Below the pieces are notes generated by a model. That model ran no database searches. It was not told where the DNA came from and saw only the letters and a list, made by a program, of their open reading frames with translations. The translations under genes were made by a program, and so were the position numbers. A stretch of 62,734 nt of DNA, counting the filler, from Dirinaria sp. TL-2023a (lineage: Eukaryota): assembly GCA_051941275.1 (NCBI GenBank). It is 7 parts of 7 records of this genome, joined end to end, with 100 filler letters (N's around TTAATTAATTAA, not from the genome) between each part and the next. Parts side by side here need not be neighbours in the genome. Positions count along the whole stretch, not along the records: positions 8,996 to 17,889 come from JAVEBF010001128.1; positions 17,990 to 26,870 come from JAVEBF010001129.1; 5 more parts are not named here. One strand, given 5' to 3'. Below, piece by piece: positions 12,649-25,244 of this stretch. Position 1 is the stretch's first letter; each line of letters opens with the position of its first letter.

Positions 12649-13873
12649 TTTGGCTCGTTATGAGGACTATGCAGCTTTGGTCTATCTTGAGTGGGCGAGC
12701 TTGAGGTAGTTACTTTCGATGCACAAAGAATTACGAGCTGCGAGTAACGAGCTTTGACGGAACGGAGAGCGCTGTGAGGTGATTCGCTTCAACATCTTCA
12801 AACCACGCTAAATCTCTGTACTAGGCCCGATGTAGTAAGGCCTCGTTTAGGTTCATCTGATGGATCGCGATTCCATTCCATCAATATTTGTACAATCTGA
12901 ACAGAGAAGGCGAAGAGCTGTCCACAAAACATACGCCAGCTATGGCAGTGGAGCATATCACAGGAAGTGATCACATCGGTACCTCACGAGCATTTACAAT
13001 TTTACTCATTTGCGCAGAAGAGAATGTTCTCGTCATAACACGAATCACATTCTCTAGCCTATCTGATTTCTATGTCCGAGGCTAAGCTATGTTTCCTATC
13101 TTGGGTTCAATGCAGGCTACATACAAAACCTGGCTGATTCCTTGTGTGTCCTTTGCACGGTGCAAAGCAACCGTCTTTTTTGGCTGTATGCTTGTGAAAT
13201 CTGATGCTTGCTGACTCCGTGGGCCAAGCTGATGCCGAGGATTTGGTGATTGCATGCACGACGGCAGAAATAAGATCAAGCCCATTCAAAGAAAGAAATT
13301 CGTTAGATGCTGTATTCGTTTTGGGGAGATTGGGGTGGGCGACATGTCTCGGAGCCAAAGCTCAACATAAGATCCAGACCGAGACTGCAATGATTGGCGA
13401 GAGCTAATGATCACTGGGGAGGTGCTCCGTGTTCCGAAATGTGCTAACGTGGGCCCGCAGTCGATGAGCTAGGCGCTCGGCGTTGGCCCGAGGTACTGTT
13501 CAGTGAGCTGAAGGTCAGGGGGGGAAAGGAAAATTCATGCAATGATCTCGGAGTCGCTGAGTTTTAAGTCTAAAGACGAAGGAAATGAAAGGATAAAGAT
13601 GCTGCAAAGTTCTAGCCGCATGCTGAGCCGCCGCGACCTCGTTCCGAATACAGGATGTCAGGGCGCCAACAGGGCTTAGAATATGCCACCCGTACACCTA
13701 GTGTCCTGAGAAGTGCGCACGGCTGGATCGTGGTAAATATGTGCAGGTGCTAGTCGAGTACCTCGGATAAATCGAAGTCCTCGCTGATGTAGGATGGCCA
13801 GACCGCGCCGTGCATCGTAACGCATACTTTCGTGAACCCTACAGTGTAATACGCCCTGGCGCAGATGATTCCC

Positions 13874-16800
13874 TTAGAAGTAGTTGAAGCCGTTCATAGC
13901 TTGACGGCCGTAGGCTGACAGGGGTTGTTGGACTGTACCTTGGTGCTCAGAGGGGTATTGGCCGAAATTTGTAGAGCCATTGCCAAATTGAGGCTGCCCA
14001 TAATTGACCGGAGTGGAAACCGTAAAAGTGGCCATATTAGCAGGATAGCCGCCATTGGCCTGAGCTGCGTATCCTTTATTCCCGCCACTATAGCTGCTAT
14101 AGCCATTTGCGCCTCCGCTGGATTGCCTAGCCATAGAGATCTGGCCTGGATTGGTTGGGTCAATAGGCGTCCCCATGCCGCTACGACGTCCCGGACCATC
14201 GCTGGCAGCGATCTTGCTCTGCAGTCGACGCCCGTACGGAGTCTGACGAATGGAAGGCAGAATTGGACGGATGGTATCGACGAGCTTAACGCGCGTGTCA
14301 GGATCTGCATAGTCCAAAGCAGTCTGGATGACATAGTTGGCAAAAGAGTCTCGCAGCATCTTCTCAAGTTCGTTGCCGTTAAGCATCTCTTCGATCATCA
14401 TACGTGAAACGCTCGGCTGAGCTCCACGGAGGCACTTCTCGATAACGTTGGAGCTGAACTTTTGTTTGGACAGAAGCGGAATGCTGCCCTGAAAGCTATA
14501 GCAAAGAGGGTCCGTGAAAGCAGGCTCGCCAAGGTCCACGATGTACTGAAGCACATAGTTGCCGAAAGGGTCCTGGACCAGTGAGAAAGCATTTGCAGTG
14601 ATTTGGCTGATGAGCTGCGCTTTCTGATGGCCAGAGGCGTGGTCGATGCAGCGCTGTAGCACGCAGCAGCCATGACGGTGGGTCCCAACGATCACACAAT
14701 TCGTACCGACAGCGTCGAAGATAAACTAAACGGGTTAGCCGCTGACGGATTAAGTGACAGCAAGAGTGCATACCTGAGCGTCGTCAGGGGTGAGACGGTT
14801 GAGGCACTTCTGGATCACATGGTTGCCATTGAGATCTTGGATCAATTCAACAACCCTATCGTGCAGAGCGAAGATGATGGTTTGGATTTGCTTGCGGGTG
14901 GATATAAATTCGATCATCTTCTGTAGAGCGCGGGTACCATGCTGATTAAGAGCGATCTTAACCATAGACGGGGCAGCATTGTTGATTAGTACCGTACGCT
15001 GGTCGTCGTTGGAGTATTCAAGGAGCTTCTGGCAAAGGTAATTGCCGAATGGATCGGTCATCAGTTCGACGACGTGAGCATTGGTCTCAACAAAGATGAG
15101 ATGGACATGCTCAGGATTGCCAGACTCTAATTGCTTCTGCAAATAGCGGCACCCATGCTGATCTTTGCAAAGTCCGTATATCTCTCCTTGCACATGTTCC
15201 AGACGAACATTGTTAAAGCGAGCGTTTTCCTCGCTATTTTGCATGCGGCGCTGTTGAATGATCTTAGCCTGGCTATCCTGGAAACGACCCGGCTGACCGT
15301 AATTTTGAAAAGGGGCAAAACTGTTCTGTTGCTGATAGGTTTGAAGCTGCTGACTAAAAGCTGTAGGGTTATTCATCTGCAGTGGTGTCATGCCCATGCT
15401 CATCAACTGCATCCCATAGCCACCGTAGAATGAAGGGGAAGCATATTGCGGCGAATTGACTTGGGCAATCTGATTAGCCATGGTGTCAGTGAGAGATACC
15501 GGTGGATTCGAAGAACTATAAGAAGCAGCACTAGCTTGAGGACTAGAGATGTTCTGCTGGTAGCCATTGCCCTGTAAGGCAAGCATTGGGTCATCGCGAC
15601 GATTGTCGGTACCAGATAGCTCACGGCTGTGACGGTTGCCAATTGCATTTGGTGGGATGCGGCCAAGGCTTGCATTATGGTTGTGGAAGTGCTGCTCTGC
15701 ATGCGTCTTGGGCGGCGTGACTGTAGGGACGGCGCCATTGGGATTCTTCACAGTAGGGATGTCATTGGTAGAGTACGAAGACTGGATATTTGCCAGGCTT
15801 GGTCGTCCGGAGCTGCCATCGCTGGAGGCAAGTTGCCCCGGTAAATTTGACTGAGCGTAAGCGGCCAAAGAGGCTTCCATTGAGTGGCGATTGAGCTGAC
15901 GAGTACTGCCAACCATCTCTGGCTGCTGAGTGCTGGAAGGAATCCCATTGTTACTCTGGGATTTCTGTGCTCCATTGGATAGCTCTTGCGGCAGGTTCGG
16001 CTGAGAAGAGCGGTGACGTGCAAACGAAGCTGCATCGTGTAGCTGTGCTTCGGGACCTGGAGACTGCGACAAAGCCAGGTCTAGCGCAGCGGAAGAAGCA
16101 GACAGCTGTAGACAACCATTAGCGTCGGAAGCTAACACTAGTCAGAAGAGCTAGCTTACCAAACCTGGATAGCCATCACGACGAACTAAAATCGGGAATT
16201 TATCGTCTGTGTCGTTCATCTGCAAGTACGTCGTAACATCAGGAGATGTTGCAGCCTCTTTCTTTGCCGCTGCCTTCTCGTCGTCGTTGTCAAATAAGAA
16301 CCCAGTCGTATTGATATGGCCAAGACCCATCATCGACGCATAGTCGGTCGCAGTATCATCCTTTCGAGTGCGAGATCCTGTGACAGGCATCGAATAGCGA
16401 TTCTTCGCACTAGTGGGTGATTATTAGCCTGTTACCAAAACGCACGCACGGCGCAAACACTCTGGCACCAGAGATACGCCTCAAGGAGCGGAACACTTAC
16501 TTCGCAGGTGCACGTTGGCTATTTCCTATGATGTCTTGGTTGTAGGAAGCGATCCTATCATTGGAGCCACGCCTGGAGCCCGGGACAGACTTCGAGGGAA
16601 GCGTATCATTACTAATGTGGTTGTGCAAGGTTTGTGCGATCTCCGATGGCGGAGAGGTCAAGACCGATCCAGAGCGGCTACTACGGTTATTCAAGCCTGG
16701 CGGGGAGGTCAAGCTGGAAGATGAGTACCGGTTGGTACGTGAGAAGACCGAAGGATATATCTGGTCACGATATTCTGGTGGAGTCGTTGGTTCGCTCTGA

Positions 16801-17468
16801 TGGCCTGCAGAAACATCCATACCGATCAGGTCTTGAGTCATCTGATCCAGCTGTTGTTTTTCACGGGCTTGCTGGATATTGAATTTCTCCAACTCGGCCT
16901 CGAAGCGGCGCCGCTGCTCACGAAGAATGTCGTACTCAGCACGCTTCTTCTCCCACTGGACAGTGTTAGCCATCAAGAGGATATTATCAAAACGAAAACG
17001 CCGATGCCGAAGGTGGAGTCCGAGAGACGAATGCGGATGAAAAGTTGGGGATGGAAGAAGTGAGCCGAGTGAAGGAGCGCTTACAAGTTGAACCTTATGG
17101 AGACCCTGGGTTTACCAACGTCAGTAAAGGTGCTATGAGCGCACAAAAAGCCGAGTTGGACCCGAGCGGATCTCAGATATCACGAAAAGCAAGCAAACAG
17201 GACTCACTGAGGAGTATTCAGCAGGATCAACGCCCTGGCTGGGCAACTGTCCGATCGGCGGCAACGTGGGCATCTTGCTCAGATCGGTCGTAAAGCGTCG
17301 CTGCAAGCTTGCACGAGCTTCGTTGGCGGTTGAAGAGTGGCTGGGCATAAAGCTCCCACTGTGTCTTGAAGGAGTTGTGTATCCACTAGGGGCCTCACTC
17401 GAAGTGACTTGGTGGTTACGGGAACGGAGCTCGTCCAAGCGATTCGTCAAAGCATTACTCGAAGCCAT
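13874..17468 (-). CDS. Pumilio-family RNA-binding protein, Puf4/Puf5(Mpt5) type (6 exons)
   Basis: Exons 17468-17208, 17105-17085, 16955-16501, 16409-16160, 16105-14774, 14725-13874. Eight PUF repeats with recognition motifs CRYLQ, NYLCQ, TRALQ, NHVIQ, CCVLQ, NYVLQ, SNVIE, NYVIQ. Confidence 0.92.
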
Positions 17469-17889
17469 GATGATGCTCTACGGGGACGAGGCAGATGTTA
17501 GCGATCCGATGAAGTCAAGTCATGCCCGATGGGAAGGGTAAGAAGTGAGGAGTGAGTTGATAAGGAAGCAAAGTTGAAATGGAGGGAGGAAGAGGAAGAG
17601 GATTTCATATCACATGGACGCAGGAGCGGGGCAGCGGCATCTCTCAACAGTGAAGGTCGAAGAAGCCGAGGACTCACAATGAATATCAGACAATATGAAT
17701 ACCTCAGGTTAAACCACCCTAGATGAAGCAATAGGTCAAGATTTGATCACAGGTACCAGGTGCAGCGGCTCGCCTGCGAAGCCCCTGTCAACACGGCGGG
17801 AATGGTACAGGAATGTTATAAAGAATGGACTTGATATCAATTGATCATAGATCATACACATCGTACAAGTACAGGAGAAGTCATTAGGG

Positions 17890-17989
17890 NNNNNNNNNNN
17901 NNNNNNNNNNNNNNNNNNNNNNNNNNNNNNNNNTTAATTAATTAANNNNNNNNNNNNNNNNNNNNNNNNNNNNNNNNNNNNNNNNNNNN
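17890..17989. other. Artificial contig linker
   Basis: N44-TTAATTAATTAA-N44. Confidence 0.98.
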
Positions 17990-20900
17990 CTTTCCTTGTC
18001 TCAACAATCATCTTTCAAATCATTGCATGGGTTTCTGGCATCTTCAAGATTCAGTCTACGAGAATAGAATAGATTAGTAAAGTATCGGCAACGGGCCCTG
18101 TGTCGCCGCGCTACAATATTTAGATGCTGAATCATCTTTAATTCACGACGAGGTCAAAGTCGCACCTTAAGATATTCTTTCAATAAAGCTATCATCTGCA
18201 AAGAACTCTCATGAAAACCTCGTCAAAAGTAGTATGGAGGTACTCTGGTTTGGACACTTTGACCCACTCAGTGAGCTTAAATCTTGCCGCATCAGCATCC
18301 GCCTGACTTATTATGAAAGCAACGCGAGCGCCAGAAGCTGGCATGATAATTATCAAGTAATAGTTCATACTTAATGCCTGGGATGGTAGCGATCGTAATT
18401 AGAGCGAATGGAGTTCATTCACGCAAAAAAATCTTGTGTATCCTCGCCGTGTGATTCTTGAAGACCTCAATGCTGGGGAGGACTAGTTCTGCCGCCTTGC
18501 ATTGCGGATGCGGACACTGGACCTCATCCCCTGGGGCGAACCTCTCCAGGTGCTTCTCAACCTCGTTCATCATCTGGTGGGGTTTGGAGTATTCGTAGGT
18601 CCGATGATGGTATGGTAAGCTTTCGTTCCCCAGGCAAAACAGGCATTGGGTAGGCAGGCATTCTATACGGAACTCATCTTTCGCATCCCTGTAGATGCCG
18701 TTCACCGTTTCATCCGACTCCTCTTGCTTGATGGAGACCTTGGGCCGACCACGGCGTTGGGCTTCCTGCCGATGGCATAACGCCGTCCGGGCCTCAATAG
18801 CCTTGATCCTTCGCTGGAATTTTTGTTCATCTGTCAGACTCTCTCCGGGGCTGCAGACCGATCGGACGACCTCAGCCCGCTCGAGGATGTTGTATGTGAA
18901 CGGCTTTGCATGTGGTATATCTTCAGCGGATGCGTGAGAGGCCGTCTGCACGGAAAACTGAGCATCAAAGGCTACAGTATCAGCCTTCCGAAAGTGTCGC
19001 TTCCGGGCTTGCGCAAGCATATCCACTCGCAATCTCTTTTTCACAGCATTCAAGCGAGCCTCTGCTCTTTTTTTCTGCTCGAACAAGCTTGTCCCTTGAG
19101 CATCCTTGACAGCTCTATACCCTGCTACGCGAAGTCGCTCAGTAAAAGCTTTGTTTTTTTGGCAGAGCTTGATCACTTTAGGATGAAGGGCCAATTTCGC
19201 CTTTTGTTCCGATGACAACTCGGTCGGTGCGCTCGTATCGGCTGTCAAGCTGGCAAGCCGGGCCATTTTTTGTACTACTTCGTTGGATGGGCGTCCTAAG
19301 TAGCAGGCCTTGGTATCGAACCGTACCTCCTGGTCCAGATAATAACCGACGGCGCCCTGTCTATGATCAAAGGTTTGATCCCGAACGGAAGCGGGAGCCT
19401 CATCTGTTGCAAATGCATCACATCAGTGTCGGAAATATCCTTCGGGGGTGTTTTGGAGGCCAGGGATCAGGAGGGGCATACATACTGTTGACGACATTCA
19501 AGAGGCCACGTCGAAGGCCATACTGAGTGAAAGAGTGTTGAAAGCCGGCCTTCTCCCCAAGTCGCTTCAAATAGCCGATCCACGTCCCTGCACGTAAGGG
19601 TTCCTTCGATGATGTGCCGGAATCAGCCATGCCACGTTTCTTCTCGCGGAAGACTGGAAGGTCCAAAGCATCACGTCTCCATTTTAGTGTCAAGCTTTTC
19701 TTGTGCGGTGGCATCTTCGCCCAAAACATGTTCTCCACATTTTTTGCTGATTTGGCTTCAAAAGCGTCATCGTGCAGCGCAAGAGATATCAAGTGATCGA
19801 GAAGGGAAAAAAGCGGATCGTCATCTTCCCCGTCAACGACTATGGTTTTTCTATGAAAGCAAAGCTTAGTTTAAGATCTTCATCCGCCGCGTGGTATTGG
19901 GGGGAAGAGGAGGTTGGGGGGTAAAAGCGGCGTGCGAATAGAGCTTACATCCGCGGATTATTATCTTCCCCTTTGGTGTGAAGAAGCGTGGCCTTCATAA
20001 AGACAAGATTTGGTTTCCCGGGGTCCTCATTGGCAACAATGGTAATGGTGAAATGTCGATACAGGAAAGTCCGAGTTCCTTCAGGCCCTGCATCATAATC
20101 ATCATCGGTATCACTGCCCCGATCATCAGTGTAGAGTGAGCTGAACTCGCTGTCGCTGTCATTAATAACATCATCACTAATTCGGCCGGGATCACTGTCA
20201 ACTTCGCAGCCAGGATCGATGATCACAGTATTGCAGCTCCGCTTCGTCCTCATGTGATGGTGATGGCTGCCGTCAGCTTTATCCTCCTGCGGATCCATTC
20301 TTCCATTTTTAGCTCTGCCAATGGCCTTGGTGTCCGGTGGTTCGTCCAAATCATTAGGATCATCGAACTTGACTCGGGTATCAAACAACGAGCAGGGTCG
20401 GCAGCCAAAAAACACGGCGGCCAGGATACCGGTGGCAACCTGCACTCGCTGCCGCTCGTCCGTATATGTCGCATTGTCCAGCGCCCAGTGTGTATAGAGA
20501 AGGAGGTACAGGTCGTCCAGGCTGATCACCGGTTTCTTCTTGGGGAGAGTCCGGAGGCCATACTCGTCGATAAGGAGATTCATGTACTACACGGGGCCGA
20601 GAGGTAAGCGTAAGGCTTCCTGAGGAGGGGGAACGGGCATCTCACGTTCTTTATGTCTCTCCTCTCAAATGAGTCAAAGTCTCGATCAGCTTTATCAAGG
20701 ATATACATTCTCAGAACCCTCCAGTAATTCTTAAAACTTGATGCCGCATCAACTCTCTCGTAGTGATCTAATGTCCACTTCCAGAAGACCTTAAAGTCCG
20801 GTACTTGTGCTTGCTTGAGAAAATCGTGGGGTTCGTAGCCTAACTCGTAGCAGTATCTGGTTAATGAATTATGGATGTTAGCAATAGTCGCGGACCACGC

Positions 20901-21710
20901 TGGATGTTCTTTTACCGATCCCATTTCTGCACAACCGATTTCAAGCTTTTTCTCGTGTTGTCGGCAGCTTTCGGTGGAGTTTTGCCTTGCGCTGCAAGTT
21001 CTTCACGCTGCTGCTTGTAAAAACTTGGCGGCAATCTCCGGGGCTTGCGGCGGAGTTGTCCCATAGTGTCGAGGTGAGTGACAATTGAAAAGCTATGTTC
21101 CCGGGGGTGGCCAAGATGGGTTACCGGGGCGTGATGACTGCGAGCAACAGACTTAACAACCGAGGGGTTGTTGGAGCGGCGGAGTGAAGGCCAGCTTCAC
21201 ATATGCACTAAGAAAGCGAAGGGTTGAAGAAGTAAAAGGGTGGGCGCCAGACTCTACTTATTATGCTGCCTGTCTTGCAGAGACTTATAAAAAGAAGGAA
21301 GGGAAAAGAGAGATGGAGGAGGGCCACAACAGGCGTTGCGCAATGGCTGCAACAGGGATGCCTTAGAACCGACAGGGATCCTCGGCAGCGCTTTTACTTA
21401 GTGCGGTGCCGGGATCAGCGCTGGCATCGCCCGACGATGAGTCCCGCCAACCCGAATGAGGGCTTCCCACCGTGTCCGGGTTGCTTAAAGCAGCTTCCAC
21501 ACCAGCCCTTTTCGGCCTCCCAAACACCCCAACCGAGATACTGTCTGTAAATTATGGACAGATAGATGGGCGGAGGAATTGGCCAGGATTTGCTTGTTGG
21601 AAGTTTCTAGCTGAGCAGATGTACAAGCTGGTAAATGTGCAGTCGACTTTTCGCCGGTTGCGCCTTGCGAACATAGGTACTTTACTTATAGTGAGATATG
21701 CTGTGTAACT
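17990..21710 (-). mobile_element. Putative captain-proximal end of a Starship element; body would run off the left contig edge, right boundary approximate
   Basis: Captain-like gene points away from a conserved host gene (GH47) about 1 kb upstream and toward the contig break; captains are the first gene of Starships. No second boundary or cargo visible. Confidence 0.5.
18415..21064 (-). CDS. DUF3435-type tyrosine recombinase (Starship captain-like), 5 exons, ~783 aa
   Basis: Exons 21064-20916, 20856-20646, 20586-19949, 19850-19486, 19403-18415 (2352 nt, no internal stop, all GT-AG). Motifs FFGCRPCSL, LHTKG, LISLALHDDAF, LPVFR, YGLRRG, RDQTFDH...GYY and C-terminal CLFC/CPHPQC...H...H. Confidence 0.88.
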
Positions 21711-22123
21711 CGTATCTAGATTGGCTATCTACAAAAATTACACATTTCGAGCATCCTTCAAAAATCCTCCTTGGTGGCTTGAGATCCTAGATTGAGATTG
21801 ACTGATCCTATCAAAGGCATCAACGTGCTCGTACCTTACCTTATTCTTTCAGCTTTGCGGCCTCGAACTCCGCTCGCTGCTTGGCGGGGACTTGGCTGCT
21901 TGGCACAAGAAAAGGAGGAGGCCGAAGGGCCTCAGAGGGTTCTTTGTGAAGGCTCTTGCTCAACTGCGCATTCATAATACTGTAGATCCAGTGCTATGAC
22001 GAGAAATTCATCGTTCTATCTGATCACATTCTGTCCCAGCCTGCGGCTCTTTGGGCCTTCGTGTTCCTCGGTCCCAGCTTAGATGTGGGACCTGTCCCGT
22101 TTCGAACGTCGTCGGTATCGACA

Positions 22124-25100
22124 ATGCTTCGACTTAGGCGGTACAGAGTCTTCGCCATATTTGCGGTCATTGCGATAGGACTACTATACCATTTTCGAGG
22201 TCTCGGAGGCATTGATCATCCTCTACCCAGCGCCGATCTAAAAGACTTTGGAGATTTGAAAAACTTTGGAGGTCTCAAGCCAGATGAAGGTCTTAAGTCA
22301 GAGGGAGGTCTCAAGTCAGATGGCGGTCTCATAATAACTACGAAATCCCCGTCAATCGCTTCGACCGCCTCGGAAACACGACCTGCCACCTCGTCAGCAG
22401 TCGTGAAAGCGATCGAAACTACCGGCGCATTCAGATCTCCAACTGTAAAAGAAGATGGAACGAAAACGGCTACACCTACCAGCAGACCCGCAAAAGCTTC
22501 TCATGTCGCAACCGCGAAGCCTAAGCTGGGGCATGCTTTTGATATGCAAGAAGATGATGCCGTACCTGAAGCAGATGACGAGGACGCGGTGTCCAAGATT
22601 CACTGGAAGAAACAGAAGGAACACTTCCCCATCCCTACTGAAAGCATAATACAGCTACCGACTGGCAAGCCCAAAGCCATTCCCAAAATCCAACATGCTT
22701 TCTCTGATGAGTCGAACACCGAGAAAATGGATCGCGAGAAGAAATTGGGCATCATAAAAAAGACCTTCGAGTTTTCTTGGGCGGGCTACAAAAAGAATGC
22801 TTGGATGCACGACGAATTGTCTCCCGTGTCCGGGCTGTTCCGCGATCCTTTCTGTGGTTGGGGTGCGACGCTTGTGGATAGTCTAGACACGTTGTGGATT
22901 ATGGGTCTCAAGAGCGAATTCGAGGAAGCAACCAAAGCAGTGGGGAAGATTGACTTCACAACCAGCATACGGAACGATATTCCCCTGTTTGAAACAGTCA
23001 TTCGATACCTTGGAGGTCTCATCGCTGCCTATGACCTGGGAGGCAGAAAATACAAAGTTCTTCTGGATCAAGCAGTGCAATTGGCCGAGGTCTTGATCGG
23101 AGCGTTTGACACTCCGAATCGTATGCCAATGACCTTTTATCTCTGGAAGCCAACATTTGCTTCGCAACCGCATCGCGCCAACACTCGTGTCGTGCTCGCT
23201 GAGCTAGGCTCCTTATCTTTAGAGTTCACTAGGCTCGCACAAATTACGAAGGAAGCGAAATACTATGATGCGATCGCACGAATCACTAATGAGTTCGAGA
23301 TGTGGCAAAACAATACGAGACTACCGGGACTGTGGCCCAAGAAAGTCGATGCTTCCGGCTGCCAGAAAGACGACACATCTGTAATGTCTCCCATTGGGGA
23401 TGCGATGCGGAAGGGACCTGGGGTGAAGGCGATGAACCAGAAGATTGAAAAAGCCCCTAAAGCATCAAAACCTGTTGATTATGGCGAAGCCAAAGCCGCT
23501 GAATTATCAGGACCTCTTGATGATGGCGAAGCCGCAAGAATAGCTGGCATGGAAAAATATCAAATAAAAACGGGCACAGGTAAAGGGCTCATGAATGAAG
23601 CGGACGATGATGAAAGTCCGTCGACGAGATCTACCAAGTCCCCGTTGGACAAGAGGCAGCTCACAGAAGATTGGCCGGAATCCACCTCGCTGCTTGGTGA
23701 AGCTGATTGCAAGCCCCAGGGTTTGGCCTCGCCACCATTTACCTCGTCAGAGGAATTTACCATGGGTGGCCAAGCAGATTCTGTCTATGAGTATCTTCCC
23801 AAAGAGTACATGTTGTTGGGAGGGCTGGTACCTCAATATCAAAGCATGTATGAATTATCAGTCGAAGCGACGGACAAGTATCTTCTCTACCGTCCGATGA
23901 TCCCAGACGAGAAAAGAAACATACTGTTCTCTGGCCAGGTATCGACCTCTGGCAGGCTTGACGACCCAGATGACGTCAACCTCAAGGCTGAAGGTACGCA
24001 TCTGACTTGTTTCATAGGTGGGATGATAGGAGTAGGGGCCAAGATATTCAATCGTGAAGATGATCTCGAGCTCGCCAAAAAGCTAACAGATGGGTGTGTC
24101 TGGGCGTACGAATCGACTACTACTGGCATTATGCCCGAAGGCTTCCTTACTCTCCCTTGCGACGACAGGGCGAAGTGCCCATGGAACGAAACTCGCTACT
24201 GGGATGAGCTCGATCCTTTCCGCGCAACAAGACACTGGAGAGACCAGGCAGATCCGGATGTAGTAGATAAGAAAAATGGAGCAATCGATCAAGAAGCCAA
24301 GAAGGCCAGTGGGAAAGCTGGCGCAAGTAGCCAGAAAGAGGCGCAAGGGACAGTATCATCAGCGTCCAAGACAGTCACTTCCGAAGAAGCTGTTGCCACG
24401 CAAACGAAGACGCCGTCAGTGTCGGGATCCACACCATCGGAGCCAGCTGCTACTTTCTCGAAAAAAGCTCCTCTTGCGAAACGCCAACTTGGAGACATTG
24501 AAAATGATGCAGTGGATTCCTCATCTTCTACCAGCAAAGGCGCAAAATCTGGTTCTTCCGGAAAATCGACAAAGGCCAAAATAGGCAAAGAACCCTTGGA
24601 AAGTGCTGGTGGCTCGGGCAAAAAGAGTCTCTTAGACCCTTCTGAAACAGATGAGGAAAAGTCCGAAACGAGTACCTCTGCCACTCTGTCCCCCACCGCG
24701 GAGGCAACCATACCGGTCATCCCGTCGTATACGCCACCGCCAATACCTACCCAGGAGGAATATGTAAAGGCAAGGATTCGAGACGAGCGACTACCGCCCG
24801 GAGTAGTCAGCGTATCGAGCTCCAAATACATTTTAAGGCATGTCAATGTCTTCTATGCTAGGAGGCAGCTAAGCTAACAGATCATGCCCATAGGCCTGAA
24901 GCGATTGAATCTGTATTTATCATGTGGAGGATCACAGGTGACAACTACTGGCGGAAAAAGGGCTGGCAAATGTTTGAAGCAGTCCACAAAGCCACGGTCG
25001 CAGATTATGGTGCTTCGGCTATAATGGATGTCACTAGCGAGACTCCAGTCACACTTGATGAAATGGAGTCTTTCTGGCTGGCGGAGACGCTGAAGTACTT

Positions 25101-25244
25101 CTACCTTCTGTTCAGTGACCCAGACCTAATCAGCTTGGACGACTACGTCCTGTGAGTAGCAACTGCTTACGTACGTCTTTGATCTGCCGTTGCTGACCCG
25201 AGTATAGTAATACGGAAGCGCATCCCTTCAAGAGGCCCAAGTAG
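22124..25244 (+). CDS. Class I alpha-1,2-mannosidase (GH47), type II membrane protein with long low-complexity inserts
   Basis: N-terminal anchor [87 protein letters not shown]. Exons 22124-24837, 24894-25151, 25208-25244. Confidence 0.95.
22235..22330 (+). repeat. 18-bp coding tandem repeat, about 5.3 degenerate copies ([32 protein letters not shown])
   Basis: Units start at 22235, 22253, 22271, 22289, 22307 in the mannosidase stem. Confidence 0.8.

Noticed and set aside
8996..17468. Three co-oriented RNA-processing genes as a functional cluster
   Set aside because: Ordinary housekeeping neighbours; no shared element seen
21065..22123. 5S rDNA fragment as Starship target site
   Set aside because: No recognisable 5S sequence upstream of the captain
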